Source of the DNA: Woeseiaceae bacterium
Lineage (GTDB): Bacteria > Pseudomonadota > Gammaproteobacteria > Steroidobacterales > Woeseiaceae
Assembly (NCBI GenBank): GCA_028277265.1
Contig: JANQGP010000213.1
Coordinates: forward strand, 1 to 48,782
Length of the DNA: 48,782 nucleotides
Direction of reading: 5' to 3'
How positions within the stretch are numbered: position 1 is the first letter of the stretch; each line of letters starts with the position of its first letter. Position numbers and translations under genes: made by a program. Below are positions 27,256 to 35,379 of the stretch, piece by piece. The notes under the pieces were generated by a model. It was not told the origin of the DNA, did not search any database, and was given only the letters and a program-made list of their open reading frames with translations.

Positions 27256-27833
27256 AGAAAGCGCCGAGCTACGAGACACAGGAGCTGCGAGAGTTTGCGC
27301 GCGTTTTGCGCGGGCGCCGAACAATCGACCAGTACATCCAGACACCGGTGCCCGACGAGCTCGTGCTCGAGGCTATCGAGCTCGCGACCTGGGCGCCGAA
27401 CCACTACGTGACCGAACCGTGGCGCTTCATCCTTCCCGGCGAGGAGACGATCGGCCGTATCGTCGACCTGTGCGCCGAGACGGTAGCCGCGCAGAAGGGC
27501 CCGGAGCTCGGTGAGCACAAGCGCAAAACATGGAGCCAGAAACCCGGGTGGCTCGTCGTAACGTGCCGCCGCAATGATGACAAGCTGCGTGAGCGAGAGG
27601 ATTATGCGGCGTGCAGTGCGGCCGTGCAGAACTTCATGCTGTACCTCTGGAAAGCCGGTATCGGTTCTAAGTGGACTTCGGGTGCCGTCACGCGCGATGA
27701 ACGTCTCTTCGAAATCATCGGCGCGGACCCTGCGGCTGAATTCGTCGTCGGCATGATCTGGTTCGGCTATCCGAAGATCACGCCCCAACAGTCACGCACG
27801 GATTCGGACGAGGTTCTGACCCGGTTGCCCTGA
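27252..27833 (+). CDS. YdjA-like NAD(P)H nitroreductase family protein
   Basis: GTG start at 27252 with a GTGA overlap on the transporter stop. RGRRTIDQY, APNHYVTEPWRFIL and IGSKWTSGA...GMIWFGYP align with E. coli YdjA as I recall it. Confidence 0.75.
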   Translation: MKKAPSYETQELREFARVLRGRRTIDQYIQTPVPDELVLEAIELATWAPNHYVTEPWRFILPGEETIGRIVDLCAETVAAQKGPELGEHKRKTWSQKPGWLVVTCRRNDDKLREREDYAACSAAVQNFMLYLWKAGIGSKWTSGAVTRDERLFEIIGADPAAEFVVGMIWFGYPKITPQQSRTDSDEVLTRLP

Positions 27834-27875
27834 ACAGGAGAGCGATTGCTCTTGCTGCAGTTGACCGGATCTCAC

Positions 27876-27899
27876 GGGAGGCGGCCGTCATGCCCTCCC
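27876..27899. terminator. weak hairpin in a convergent intergenic gap
   Basis: GGGAGG-N12-CCTCCC, read from the sequence between the nitroreductase stop (27833) and the GH3 stop (27918). Large loop and no U-tract, so low confidence. Confidence 0.2.
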
Positions 27900-27917
27900 T
27901 GCCGCAGCGCATGCTAC

Positions 27918-29399
27918 TCAGCGATTCGCCGCAAACAGCTGCGGCCAGTCCCGCCTGCGATTGAGCGGCGTCGGTTTGATGTCACCGAGGCGCATGCCGT
28001 CGGAGACAAGCGCGCGGGTGTAGGTGCGATAGGCATTGCCTTCGGTCCTGAGCACGCGCACCGGCTGCAATTGCCCGAGTTCGCGACACAGGTTGTAGTG
28101 ATAGCCGGATCGCAGCGACCGGTCGAGATGGTCGCTCAGCTCCGCGGGGAGCGGATCGCGGCTCTCGATGAACAGGCAATAGCGTGGCTTATCACCATCC
28201 GGTGCGAGCATCGCGAACAGGGGCCTGACACCCGCATTATCCAGCACCGATGCGAGACAGGCGCCGACAAAATCCTCGCTGATCTTCTCGCCGCGGAGAT
28301 CGGAGACGTTGTCGGCTTTGCCGAGAAATTCGAGGCACGGCGTCGTGCGGTAGAAACCGGTTACGCGCACACGGTCGCGCAGGGCGTACCGGTACAGGCC
28401 GCCGCCCGTCGTGAGAATAACGGCATACTCCGCACCGTCTTGAAGAACCCAGGACGGCGATACGGTGCCGGTTTCGTCCTCGAATTCGAAAAAATGGCTG
28501 CGGATTGCGAGCGGCCGGTTCCCGCCAAACGGGATCGTGATCGCGCCCTCGGTGGCCAGGAGGCCCTTGGGCTGGATCGTGATGCCGGGAAAAGCGGCTT
28601 GCAGGTCCGGCAGTACGGAAGCGGCCTGCGCGTCGCCCCAGCAACTGATCAGCCTCAGCCCGGGCCACGGCAAGGTATCCGTCCCGGTTTGCTCGCGCAC
28701 CTTTTCCCGTAACAGAAGGACGAATGACGGGTGCCATGCGGAGATGAGGCGCAGGTCCGGACAGTCGAGAAGGGTTCTGGCCGTCATTCGCCAGAAGTCA
28801 TCATCGTCCTCGATCCCGGCCAGGTCCGGCAGTGACACCAATGCCCGGCCGAGGAGCCGCTGCGCGATTCCGCCGAGGTAGGCGGTATCGTCGTCGAAGC
28901 CGATTGGCACGGCGCTGGCCGGGCGCTCCGGGCGCGGCGCAGGCGGCGTCAGGCTCCAGTAGGCACGCCCGCCGCCAAGCGCCGGGTCGCCGAGGAACAG
29001 GCCGCAGATCCAGGCTGCGACTGCGCGCCGAAGCTCGCGTTGCAGGGAATCGGTGTAAGGAATCCACTTCTCGGCGCCCGACGAGCCGCTCGACGGCTCG
29101 AAAAGGCGCACGTTGTCGACCGTCAGCACGTTTTGCTCGCCTGAGGCGATACGCGCAATCCAGTCCCCGTAGTCTTCGTAGCGGCGCACGGGTACGGCGC
29201 CAACCCAGTCGTCATAGTCGCGGATCTTCTCGAAGCTGTGTTCACGGCCGAACCGTGTTGCGGCATTGCGTCGGAGATACTGGCTCAACAGATTCTGCTG
29301 CGCCGCTTCGGGGCGCCTGCTCGCGCGCCGATACCCAAGGTACTCGGGCAGGCATGACGCAAACCACGCGGCGTTGGCAATTGCGGCCGGGGCGTTCAC
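27918..29399 (-). CDS. GH3-family adenylate-forming amido-synthetase
   Basis: 493 aa with a GTG start. The N-terminal LLSQYLRRNAATRFGREHSFEKI and the nucleotide-binding motif EPSSGSSGAEKWIPYT match the GH3 signature SSGTTxGxxKxIP. Last gene of a five-gene, translationally coupled operon. Confidence 0.8.
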   Translation of the reverse strand: MNAPAAIANAAWFASCLPEYLGYRRASRRPEAAQQNLLSQYLRRNAATRFGREHSFEKIRDYDDWVGAVPVRRYEDYGDWIARIASGEQNVLTVDNVRLFEPSSGSSGAEKWIPYTDSLQRELRRAVAAWICGLFLGDPALGGGRAYWSLTPPAPRPERPASAVPIGFDDDTAYLGGIAQRLLGRALVSLPDLAGIEDDDDFWRMTARTLLDCPDLRLISAWHPSFVLLLREKVREQTGTDTLPWPGLRLISCWGDAQAASVLPDLQAAFPGITIQPKGLLATEGAITIPFGGNRPLAIRSHFFEFEDETGTVSPSWVLQDGAEYAVILTTGGGLYRYALRDRVRVTGFYRTTPCLEFLGKADNVSDLRGEKISEDFVGACLASVLDNAGVRPLFAMLAPDGDKPRYCLFIESRDPLPAELSDHLDRSLRSGYHYNLCRELGQLQPVRVLRTEGNAYRTYTRALVSDGMRLGDIKPTPLNRRRDWPQLFAANR

Positions 29400-30127
29400 C
29401 CGTCAACGACGTCGGGAAACAGTTCACGACCTTTGCGCCACATACGCTGTCCGAGGCGCGTAAGGCCGTCTTCGGCGAGAACGGCGAAGCACACGAGCTC
29501 GTCACCCTGTTCGTGGTTCGGGTTCCGCTCGGCGAAAAAGGCGATGTGCGGGTCCAACAGGCGATGCTCGGGAATTCCCCGGAATTCGTCCTTCAATACG
29601 GCCGGAGTATCGAGTTGCACAATGCCCGACGCCGGATCATACCGGGCACCGAAGCGGTCGCCGGCCACGGCATCCATGATCGCCTGCACCTCGGGCGGAG
29701 TAGCCTCGTCATAGCGCGGGTAGAAGCGCTGGCTGTAAACCGGCAGGAAGCGGTAGGTCCGGAAACCCGAGACGATCAGGAACCAGTAGAGCGCGTCCTT
29801 CCGGTACAAACGGCGCAGGTAGTCGATCGCTCCCATCCAGTAGTAGCTGAGTGCAGAATCGCTCCGGGTATCGGCACTAACGACCGTGTCGCCCGAATAC
29901 ACGACGGACATGTCGCGACCGTGGACCTCGACGTCGTAGATATCCATGCAGGAGAAGCCGCACAGCCGGCCTGTATCGTCGTCGAGCAGGAGCACCCAGT
30001 TCTTGCCTGCAAGATCGGTGTCGAAAACGACTTGCGGCACTCCATCGAACTGTTCGCAAAACAGTGCGTACATCGCGGCGCGAGTCGAGGGCAGCAGGTC
30101 AGTGCGTTTCACAACCTTGCCTTTCAC
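29396..30127 (-). CDS. hypothetical protein, possibly GNAT-like acyltransferase fold
   Basis: 243 aa with a GTG start. GTGA overlaps at both ends (with the upstream ORF and with GH3). Non-repetitive, coding-like composition. The fold guess rests only on beta-alpha patterning (WVLLLDDDTGRLCGFSC...YSGDTVV) and on context. Confidence 0.4.
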   Translation of the reverse strand: MKGKVVKRTDLLPSTRAAMYALFCEQFDGVPQVVFDTDLAGKNWVLLLDDDTGRLCGFSCMDIYDVEVHGRDMSVVYSGDTVVSADTRSDSALSYYWMGAIDYLRRLYRKDALYWFLIVSGFRTYRFLPVYSQRFYPRYDEATPPEVQAIMDAVAGDRFGARYDPASGIVQLDTPAVLKDEFRGIPEHRLLDPHIAFFAERNPNHEQGDELVCFAVLAEDGLTRLGQRMWRKGRELFPDVVDG

Positions 30128-31221
30128 AGGATGGCTACCTCCGGGTGCGGTATCCGATCGTCGAGTGCATCGACCGCTTGTTCGCCGTCCTGCCAGAACA
30201 CCGCGTACATGACGCTGACGTATTCATGGCAGGGAAAACTGCGACGAACGATACCTGCCAGCGGATTGCGTGCCGCGAACGCGAGCATGACGTAGTCGAT
30301 GCCGCGTTCCATGGCAAGCTGGCAACCTCGCGCGACGAGCCCCACAAGCGTATCGGCATCATCGTCGACTACAGCCACGTGTGACAGGAACGCGTTTTCG
30401 AGCCGCGCACCTGGCGCCGGCAGCCGCGGTCGGCCAACAAGGGGCGCCGCAAGGTTGTACAGCGGCCGAAGGCGCGCCAGTCGCTGGGCGTAGCCGCGAA
30501 TCACTGTCTGTTTGAAAGCGCGTTGGTCCCAGAGCGCAAGGCAGCCGCGGTCGCCGTCTCCGCAGACGATGAAGTCGTTCGGCGAGAGTCCGCGGCATCG
30601 CTCTTTCGATGCCAATGTGGCAGGCGTCCAGGCCGGGTGAAACTGGTAGCCACGGCCATTGCTCTCCAGCAACGCGACGACGTTCCCGACATGCCGGGTC
30701 GCTGCATTCGATGCCGGCGCGCCACGCCGGCGTGCGCCGAGTCTCGTCGGAATCGTGAACGTCACCAGGTCCTCGAGCGGGCGGTAGGTCGGCATGTCGC
30801 CGAGCCCGGCCTCGAGCAAGCGCCGGGCAGGCCGGTTGTCCGCGACAATCGTCGTCAGGTAGAACAAGACATCGCCCGCATTGTGGAACTCGTGCATCTT
30901 GCGATAGGAGCCGAGCAATAGTTTGCGCCGCGCGCGCAGGCCGCCCTCGGCGCGCAGTTCGCCGAAGTAGCCGATGCACTGCGGCTCGCCATTGACATAG
31001 GCCTTCAGCTCGAAGCGCCCACCCGATCCGATAACGTCGTCGTTTCGCATCGCCAGCATCATTTGCCAGTCGTCGCCCGAAACGGCGGCAGCATGGAATG
31101 CGTTGGGTTCGCGTTCCAGCGAGACACGAATCTCGCCGACAACGGGGTTTTCCCGTAGCAGGCGACGCAGTCCGGGCTCGGTCGCTTCAGTCGCCGCCGT
31201 GAACGTCAGTTCCGCTGACAT
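30124..31221 (-). CDS. hypothetical protein, possibly double GNAT-like/acyltransferase
   Basis: Start taken at ATG 31221 (MSAELTFTAA), 13 nt after the upstream radical SAM stop; the ORF-track start at 31299 would overlap that gene. 365 aa in two halves of similar size. No family recognised. Confidence 0.4.
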   Translation of the reverse strand: MSAELTFTAATEATEPGLRRLLRENPVVGEIRVSLEREPNAFHAAAVSGDDWQMMLAMRNDDVIGSGGRFELKAYVNGEPQCIGYFGELRAEGGLRARRKLLLGSYRKMHEFHNAGDVLFYLTTIVADNRPARRLLEAGLGDMPTYRPLEDLVTFTIPTRLGARRRGAPASNAATRHVGNVVALLESNGRGYQFHPAWTPATLASKERCRGLSPNDFIVCGDGDRGCLALWDQRAFKQTVIRGYAQRLARLRPLYNLAAPLVGRPRLPAPGARLENAFLSHVAVVDDDADTLVGLVARGCQLAMERGIDYVMLAFAARNPLAGIVRRSFPCHEYVSVMYAVFWQDGEQAVDALDDRIPHPEVAIL

Positions 31222-31234
31222 GCGCGCGACCTGG

Positions 31235-32602
31235 TCAGGCGACCGCGTGCGCCGGTTGCAGCTTGCCGCACCAGCCTTCGTCGCCCAGCGGCAGGTCATT
31301 GCGCTGCCGTACTTCGCGCCGCATCATGAAGTTGATCAGCGGGTATTGCCGCGCCATGAAAGCGGTCGAACGATTCACCGGGTCGGCGAATCGCCGCAGG
31401 ATACTCGGAATCGAGTAGAAGCGTTCACGGGCCCTGATGCAGAGTTCCTGCAGTTCTTCGGGTTCGAGTTGCTCCGGCCGGAACGGAATCTTGTTGTAGG
31501 TGTAGGTCGGGTCCATCCACCACGCGTCGTAGAGGAGGCGACCCTCTTCTTCGAGTCGCTGGTACAGCGGTGTACCGGGAAACGGCGTCAGGTGATTGAA
31601 CGCGGCCATGTAGAACCGGTGCTCGTGAGCAAAGGCGACGGCTTCATCGAAAGTCTGTGCCGTGTCGCCCCCGTAGCCGAACACGAAAGTGGCGTAAAGG
31701 CGAATGTGGTAGCGGCGCAGGTTCGCAAGCGCAACGTCGTAGCCGCCGCCCATCGTGTTGAACTTCTTCTTCATCAGGCGCAACGTTTCGCGCTCGAGAC
31801 TTTCGAAACCGATCAACAGCCCCTGGCAGCCGCTCTTCGAGATCAGGTCGAGGAATTCTTCGTCATGGGCTGCATTGATGCTCGCCTGCGAAACCCAACG
31901 AATCTTCAGGCGCGCAAGCTCACGGTACAAGTACTTGGCCTCGTCGAAATTCGAGGTAATGTTGTCGTCGACGAAAAAGTAGAAGTTGCCACGCTTCCGC
32001 GTTTCCTCCACTTCCTCGAGGATGTGGTCGATCGGGCGGCGGTTCTGCGTTGCACCGAAGTAACTTTGAACTGCGCAGAATTCGCAGCGAAAATGGCAGC
32101 CGCGACCTGCCTCGATAAGTGTGACCGGCACGTAGCGCTTGCCGCGAAAAATGCTTCGATCGAAACGCGCACGATCAAGATCGGGCCGGCTGTCCTGCCG
32201 ATAAAACGTCTTCAGCGTGTCGTGGCGGGCATCATCGAGCACCGTCTCCCACTGGCCTTCCGCCTCGCCAACGATGACGGCATCGGCGTACAGCGCCGCT
32301 TCGTCCGGGCACAGCGTGGCGTGAAAACCACCGAGCACCACCTTGACGCCGCGGGTTCGAAACTCGGTTGCAATCTGATAGGCGCGCCGAGCCGTATACG
32401 TCTCTATGCTGATCGCGACGAGGTCGGTCGGCTCGTCGTAGGGAATCCGCTCAAGACGATCGTCGTAGAAACGCACATCGACATCGTCAGGTGTGAGACC
32501 GGCGATCGATGCCGGCGCGAGCGGCTCCATTTGCCAGCTACGGATGTACTTCCGGTCACCGGCCCAGCGCCCGACGCAGGGATGAATCAGTGTGAGTCTC
32601 AC
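31235..32602 (-). CDS. B12-binding domain radical SAM protein (paralog A, DUF4070-type C-terminus)
   Basis: 455 aa with a GTG start. N-terminal B12-binding Rossmann segment (DLVAISIETYTARRAYQIATEFRTRGVKVVLGGFHAT). Radical SAM cluster motif GRGCHFRCEFCAV (CX3CX2C). C-terminal NHLTPFPGTPLY...WWMDP. Confidence 0.88.
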   Translation of the reverse strand: MRLTLIHPCVGRWAGDRKYIRSWQMEPLAPASIAGLTPDDVDVRFYDDRLERIPYDEPTDLVAISIETYTARRAYQIATEFRTRGVKVVLGGFHATLCPDEAALYADAVIVGEAEGQWETVLDDARHDTLKTFYRQDSRPDLDRARFDRSIFRGKRYVPVTLIEAGRGCHFRCEFCAVQSYFGATQNRRPIDHILEEVEETRKRGNFYFFVDDNITSNFDEAKYLYRELARLKIRWVSQASINAAHDEEFLDLISKSGCQGLLIGFESLERETLRLMKKKFNTMGGGYDVALANLRRYHIRLYATFVFGYGGDTAQTFDEAVAFAHEHRFYMAAFNHLTPFPGTPLYQRLEEEGRLLYDAWWMDPTYTYNKIPFRPEQLEPEELQELCIRARERFYSIPSILRRFADPVNRSTAFMARQYPLINFMMRREVRQRNDLPLGDEGWCGKLQPAHAVA

Positions 32603-33933
32603 GCGGCCTCCGGCTGCAGCATTCGCCAGTCACAGGTATAAAAACGGTCGAGGCGTCGGCCGTAATAGCGGTAGCCGAAGTTGGCGCCGAGATAAAGCGT
32701 CTTCGCAATCGGCGTCGCCAGCATGCGCTTGGCGATAGAGCGATAGCTATACACGCGGCGCCAGGTTTCCTGGTTGCCGAGCTCGAGTTCTCTCATACTC
32801 ATGCCGCGCGGCTGGAAAACGACGTGCTGCCCGTCGTAGAGCTCCCAGTTGCGCGTCAGGATGCGCCCCTCTCTTGCGAGCCGCTGATAAAGGCCCGTTC
32901 CGGGAAACGGCGTCAGGATGGCGAAGCGCGGCAGGTCAATGCGTGTGTCGATTACAAACTCGGCCGTTTTCTCGAAGACATCGGGCGTGTCGCTGTCGAG
33001 ACCGAAGACGAACGTGCCGTTGATGGCGATGCCGTGATCGTGGAAGCGGCGAATCCACTCCGCGTAGAGCTCCGGTGAGTTGAAACTCTTGCTCATGTCC
33101 TTGAGCGCCGCCCCGGAGATCGATTCGAAACCGACGAGCAGCGCAATGCAACCGCTTCGCGCGCACAAGTCGAGCAATTCTTCGTCGCGTGCCAGCAGGC
33201 TCGTTGCAAGCCCGCCCCACTTGATACCGAGGGGGGCCAGGGCCGTGAACAACTCTGCCGCGTAGGCCTTGTCGGCAACGAGGTTGAGGTCGATGAAAAT
33301 CGCGCGCCTGGCGCCCGTCGAGCGGATCTCGTCAATAACGTCGGCGACGGGTTTTTGATAGGGTTTGCGCCCCCACGCAAACGGCACGACGCAGAAGTCG
33401 CAGCGGTGATTACAGCCGCGGGTCGCCTCGAATACTCCGGTCTTGACGTGGCGCCCGCTCGGGATCAGGTCACGTCGCGCCGGCGGACGATTGGCAAGGC
33501 TCAGATCCGGCGCCTGCTCATAGCGCGCTTGCAGGCGGCCCGCGACGAAGTCGCGCAAGAGTTGAGGCCAGGTATCTTCAGCATAGCCGACGACGATGGC
33601 GTCGGCATGCGGCGCAGCATCGTCAGGTACCAATGTGACGTGCGGGCCGCCGAGCACGACCGTGATGCCGCGTGCGCGAAAGGCTGATGCGAGTTCGTAG
33701 GCGCGGCGTGCGGTGCCGGTGATGACGGTCATCCCGATAATGTCGGCGTCAAGATCGTGAGGAATCTCCTCGACGCCTTCGTCGTAAAGCGTGAGTTCGT
33801 GCTCGATGTCTTCCGGGATCAGCGCAGCAAGCGTCGGCAGGGTCAGGGGCGGGTACCGCAAGGACTTGCGAAAGATACCTCCGCGATGGCGGTATAACGG
33901 GCCCTTCGGCGATAGCAGGCTGATTCTCAGCAT
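32599..33933 (-). CDS. B12-binding domain radical SAM protein (paralog B, more divergent)
   Basis: 444 aa. B12-binding segment DIIGMTVITGTARRAYELASAFRARGITVVLGGPHVT. Cluster motif TRGCNHRCDFCVV. ILTPFPGTGLY. GTGA overlap with paralog A. Confidence 0.88.
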   Translation of the reverse strand: MLRISLLSPKGPLYRHRGGIFRKSLRYPPLTLPTLAALIPEDIEHELTLYDEGVEEIPHDLDADIIGMTVITGTARRAYELASAFRARGITVVLGGPHVTLVPDDAAPHADAIVVGYAEDTWPQLLRDFVAGRLQARYEQAPDLSLANRPPARRDLIPSGRHVKTGVFEATRGCNHRCDFCVVPFAWGRKPYQKPVADVIDEIRSTGARRAIFIDLNLVADKAYAAELFTALAPLGIKWGGLATSLLARDEELLDLCARSGCIALLVGFESISGAALKDMSKSFNSPELYAEWIRRFHDHGIAINGTFVFGLDSDTPDVFEKTAEFVIDTRIDLPRFAILTPFPGTGLYQRLAREGRILTRNWELYDGQHVVFQPRGMSMRELELGNQETWRRVYSYRSIAKRMLATPIAKTLYLGANFGYRYYGRRLDRFYTCDWRMLQPEAA

Positions 33934-34041
33934 AAGTAATGCCCCTGTGACGTGCGAACGTCTTCAACTGCTATCATCGTTACGGAAGGATTAACGACAA
34001 ACGCAGTTCAAGCAGCTTACCATGAGGGTATAGGAACCCGG

Positions 34042-35379
34042 ATGCGTATAACCTTCATCCGCCCGAACATGTACGACGATCGTTCTTCGGACGCGATGGA
34101 GCCATTGTGCTTTGCCATACTCAAGTCACTGACGCCAGCGGACGTCGAGGTCGAACTATTCGACGAACGCATTGAGGACATCCCTTTCGACCGCGAAACC
34201 GATCTCGTGGCGATGACGGTCGAAACTTACACTGCGCAGCGCGCCTACCAAATCGCCAGGTGTTTTCGTCGCCGCGGCATCCCGGTCGTCATGGGCGGCT
34301 ACCACCCGACGTTTCTCCCCGACGAGGCGCTGCGATTCGCTGACGCCGTGGTGAAGGGCGACGCCGAGGGCTTGTGGGAGAAGGTGGTCGAGGACGCCGC
34401 CAACGGCCGCCTGCAACGCCTGTACGAAGCGACGGAATTTCCAACGCTCGAGGGGCGCTTGCCCGATCGCTCGATCTTCGAGGGCAAGCGTTACGCTCCG
34501 ATAGGCCTGGTACAGTTCGGTCGCGGATGCCGCTTCAATTGTTCGTTCTGTTCGATTCGCGCGTTCTATGGCAACAGTCTGAGGCATCGCTCGGTCGCGG
34601 ACGTGGTCGAGGATATTCGCCGGTCCGGCAAGCGCCACATCTTTCTCGTCGACGATAACCTGTTCCTGAATCGGGATACGGCACGGTCGCTGTTCGAGGC
34701 GCTTGTCCCGCTCGGTATCGGCTGGTCGTGCCAGGTATCGATCGATATCGCGCGTGACGAGGAACTCGTAGGACTCATGCGAAAGAGCGGTTGCATCAGT
34801 GCGTTGATCGGCTTCGAGTCGCTCAACCCCGACAGCCTGCGTGAACTCAACAAACACTGGAATACCAAGTGGCAGTCCTACGATGACGCCGTAGAGGTCT
34901 TCCGGCGCGCCGGCATCATGCTCTACGGCACCTTCATTTTGGGTTGCGACCACGATTGCCCCGCATCATTCGATGCGACGGTCGACTTTGCGCTGCGTAA
35001 CAGATTCGTGCTGGCAAACTTCAACCCGCTGACGCCGACGCCGGGGGCGCCGCTGTTCGACAGGATGCGCGAGGAAGGTCGGTTGCTGCACGAGCGCTGG
35101 TGGCTCGACCCGGACTTCGGCTATGGCGATGCGACGTTTACACCGCGCGGCATGACGGCCGGGGAGCTGACTGCCGGGTGCTTTGCTGCACGTCGTCGCT
35201 TCAATACATTCGGATCCATCGCCCGGCGCCTGCTCGACGTGCGGGCAAACGCGCGCAGTCCGTTACGCGCGGGCGTCTTTCTCGCAGCGAACCTGATGTC
35301 GCGGCGCGAGATTCTCTCCAAGCAGGGGCGCCGGCTAGGTGCCGCAACACCTTTACAAGAGGCGGAGATCAGCGCGTGA
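34042..35379 (+). CDS. B12-binding domain radical SAM protein (paralog C)
   Basis: Start at ATG 34042 (MRITFIRPNMYDD), matching the N-termini of paralogs A and D. Motifs DLVAMTVETYTAQRAYQIARCFRRRGIPVVMGGYHPT, GRGCRFNCSFCSI and NPLTPTPGAPLF...WWLDP. Confidence 0.88.
   Translation: MRITFIRPNMYDDRSSDAMEPLCFAILKSLTPADVEVELFDERIEDIPFDRETDLVAMTVETYTAQRAYQIARCFRRRGIPVVMGGYHPTFLPDEALRFADAVVKGDAEGLWEKVVEDAANGRLQRLYEATEFPTLEGRLPDRSIFEGKRYAPIGLVQFGRGCRFNCSFCSIRAFYGNSLRHRSVADVVEDIRRSGKRHIFLVDDNLFLNRDTARSLFEALVPLGIGWSCQVSIDIARDEELVGLMRKSGCISALIGFESLNPDSLRELNKHWNTKWQSYDDAVEVFRRAGIMLYGTFILGCDHDCPASFDATVDFALRNRFVLANFNPLTPTPGAPLFDRMREEGRLLHERWWLDPDFGYGDATFTPRGMTAGELTAGCFAARRRFNTFGSIARRLLDVRANARSPLRAGVFLAANLMSRREILSKQGRRLGAATPLQEAEISA

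Noticed and set aside
31103-32641. 512-aa plus-strand ORF antisense to radical SAM paralog A. Counterparts occur at 35121-36500 (antisense to paralog D) and 28832-30295 (antisense to GH3 and the neighbouring ORF).
   Set aside because: They have low-complexity, Arg-rich composition. The opposite strand encodes proteins with intact B12-binding, CX3CX2C and GH3 motifs, so these are shadow ORFs of a GC-rich sequence.
33934-34041. A search for a cobalamin riboswitch (B12 box), or for a small precursor-peptide ORF, in the divergent region between the radical SAM operons. The region 36753-36853 was also examined.
   Set aside because: I found no B12-box-like element. The only plus-strand ATG here hits a stop after three codons. 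A RiPP precursor or riboswitch is therefore not supported by eye, but a covariance-model scan would be needed to be sure.
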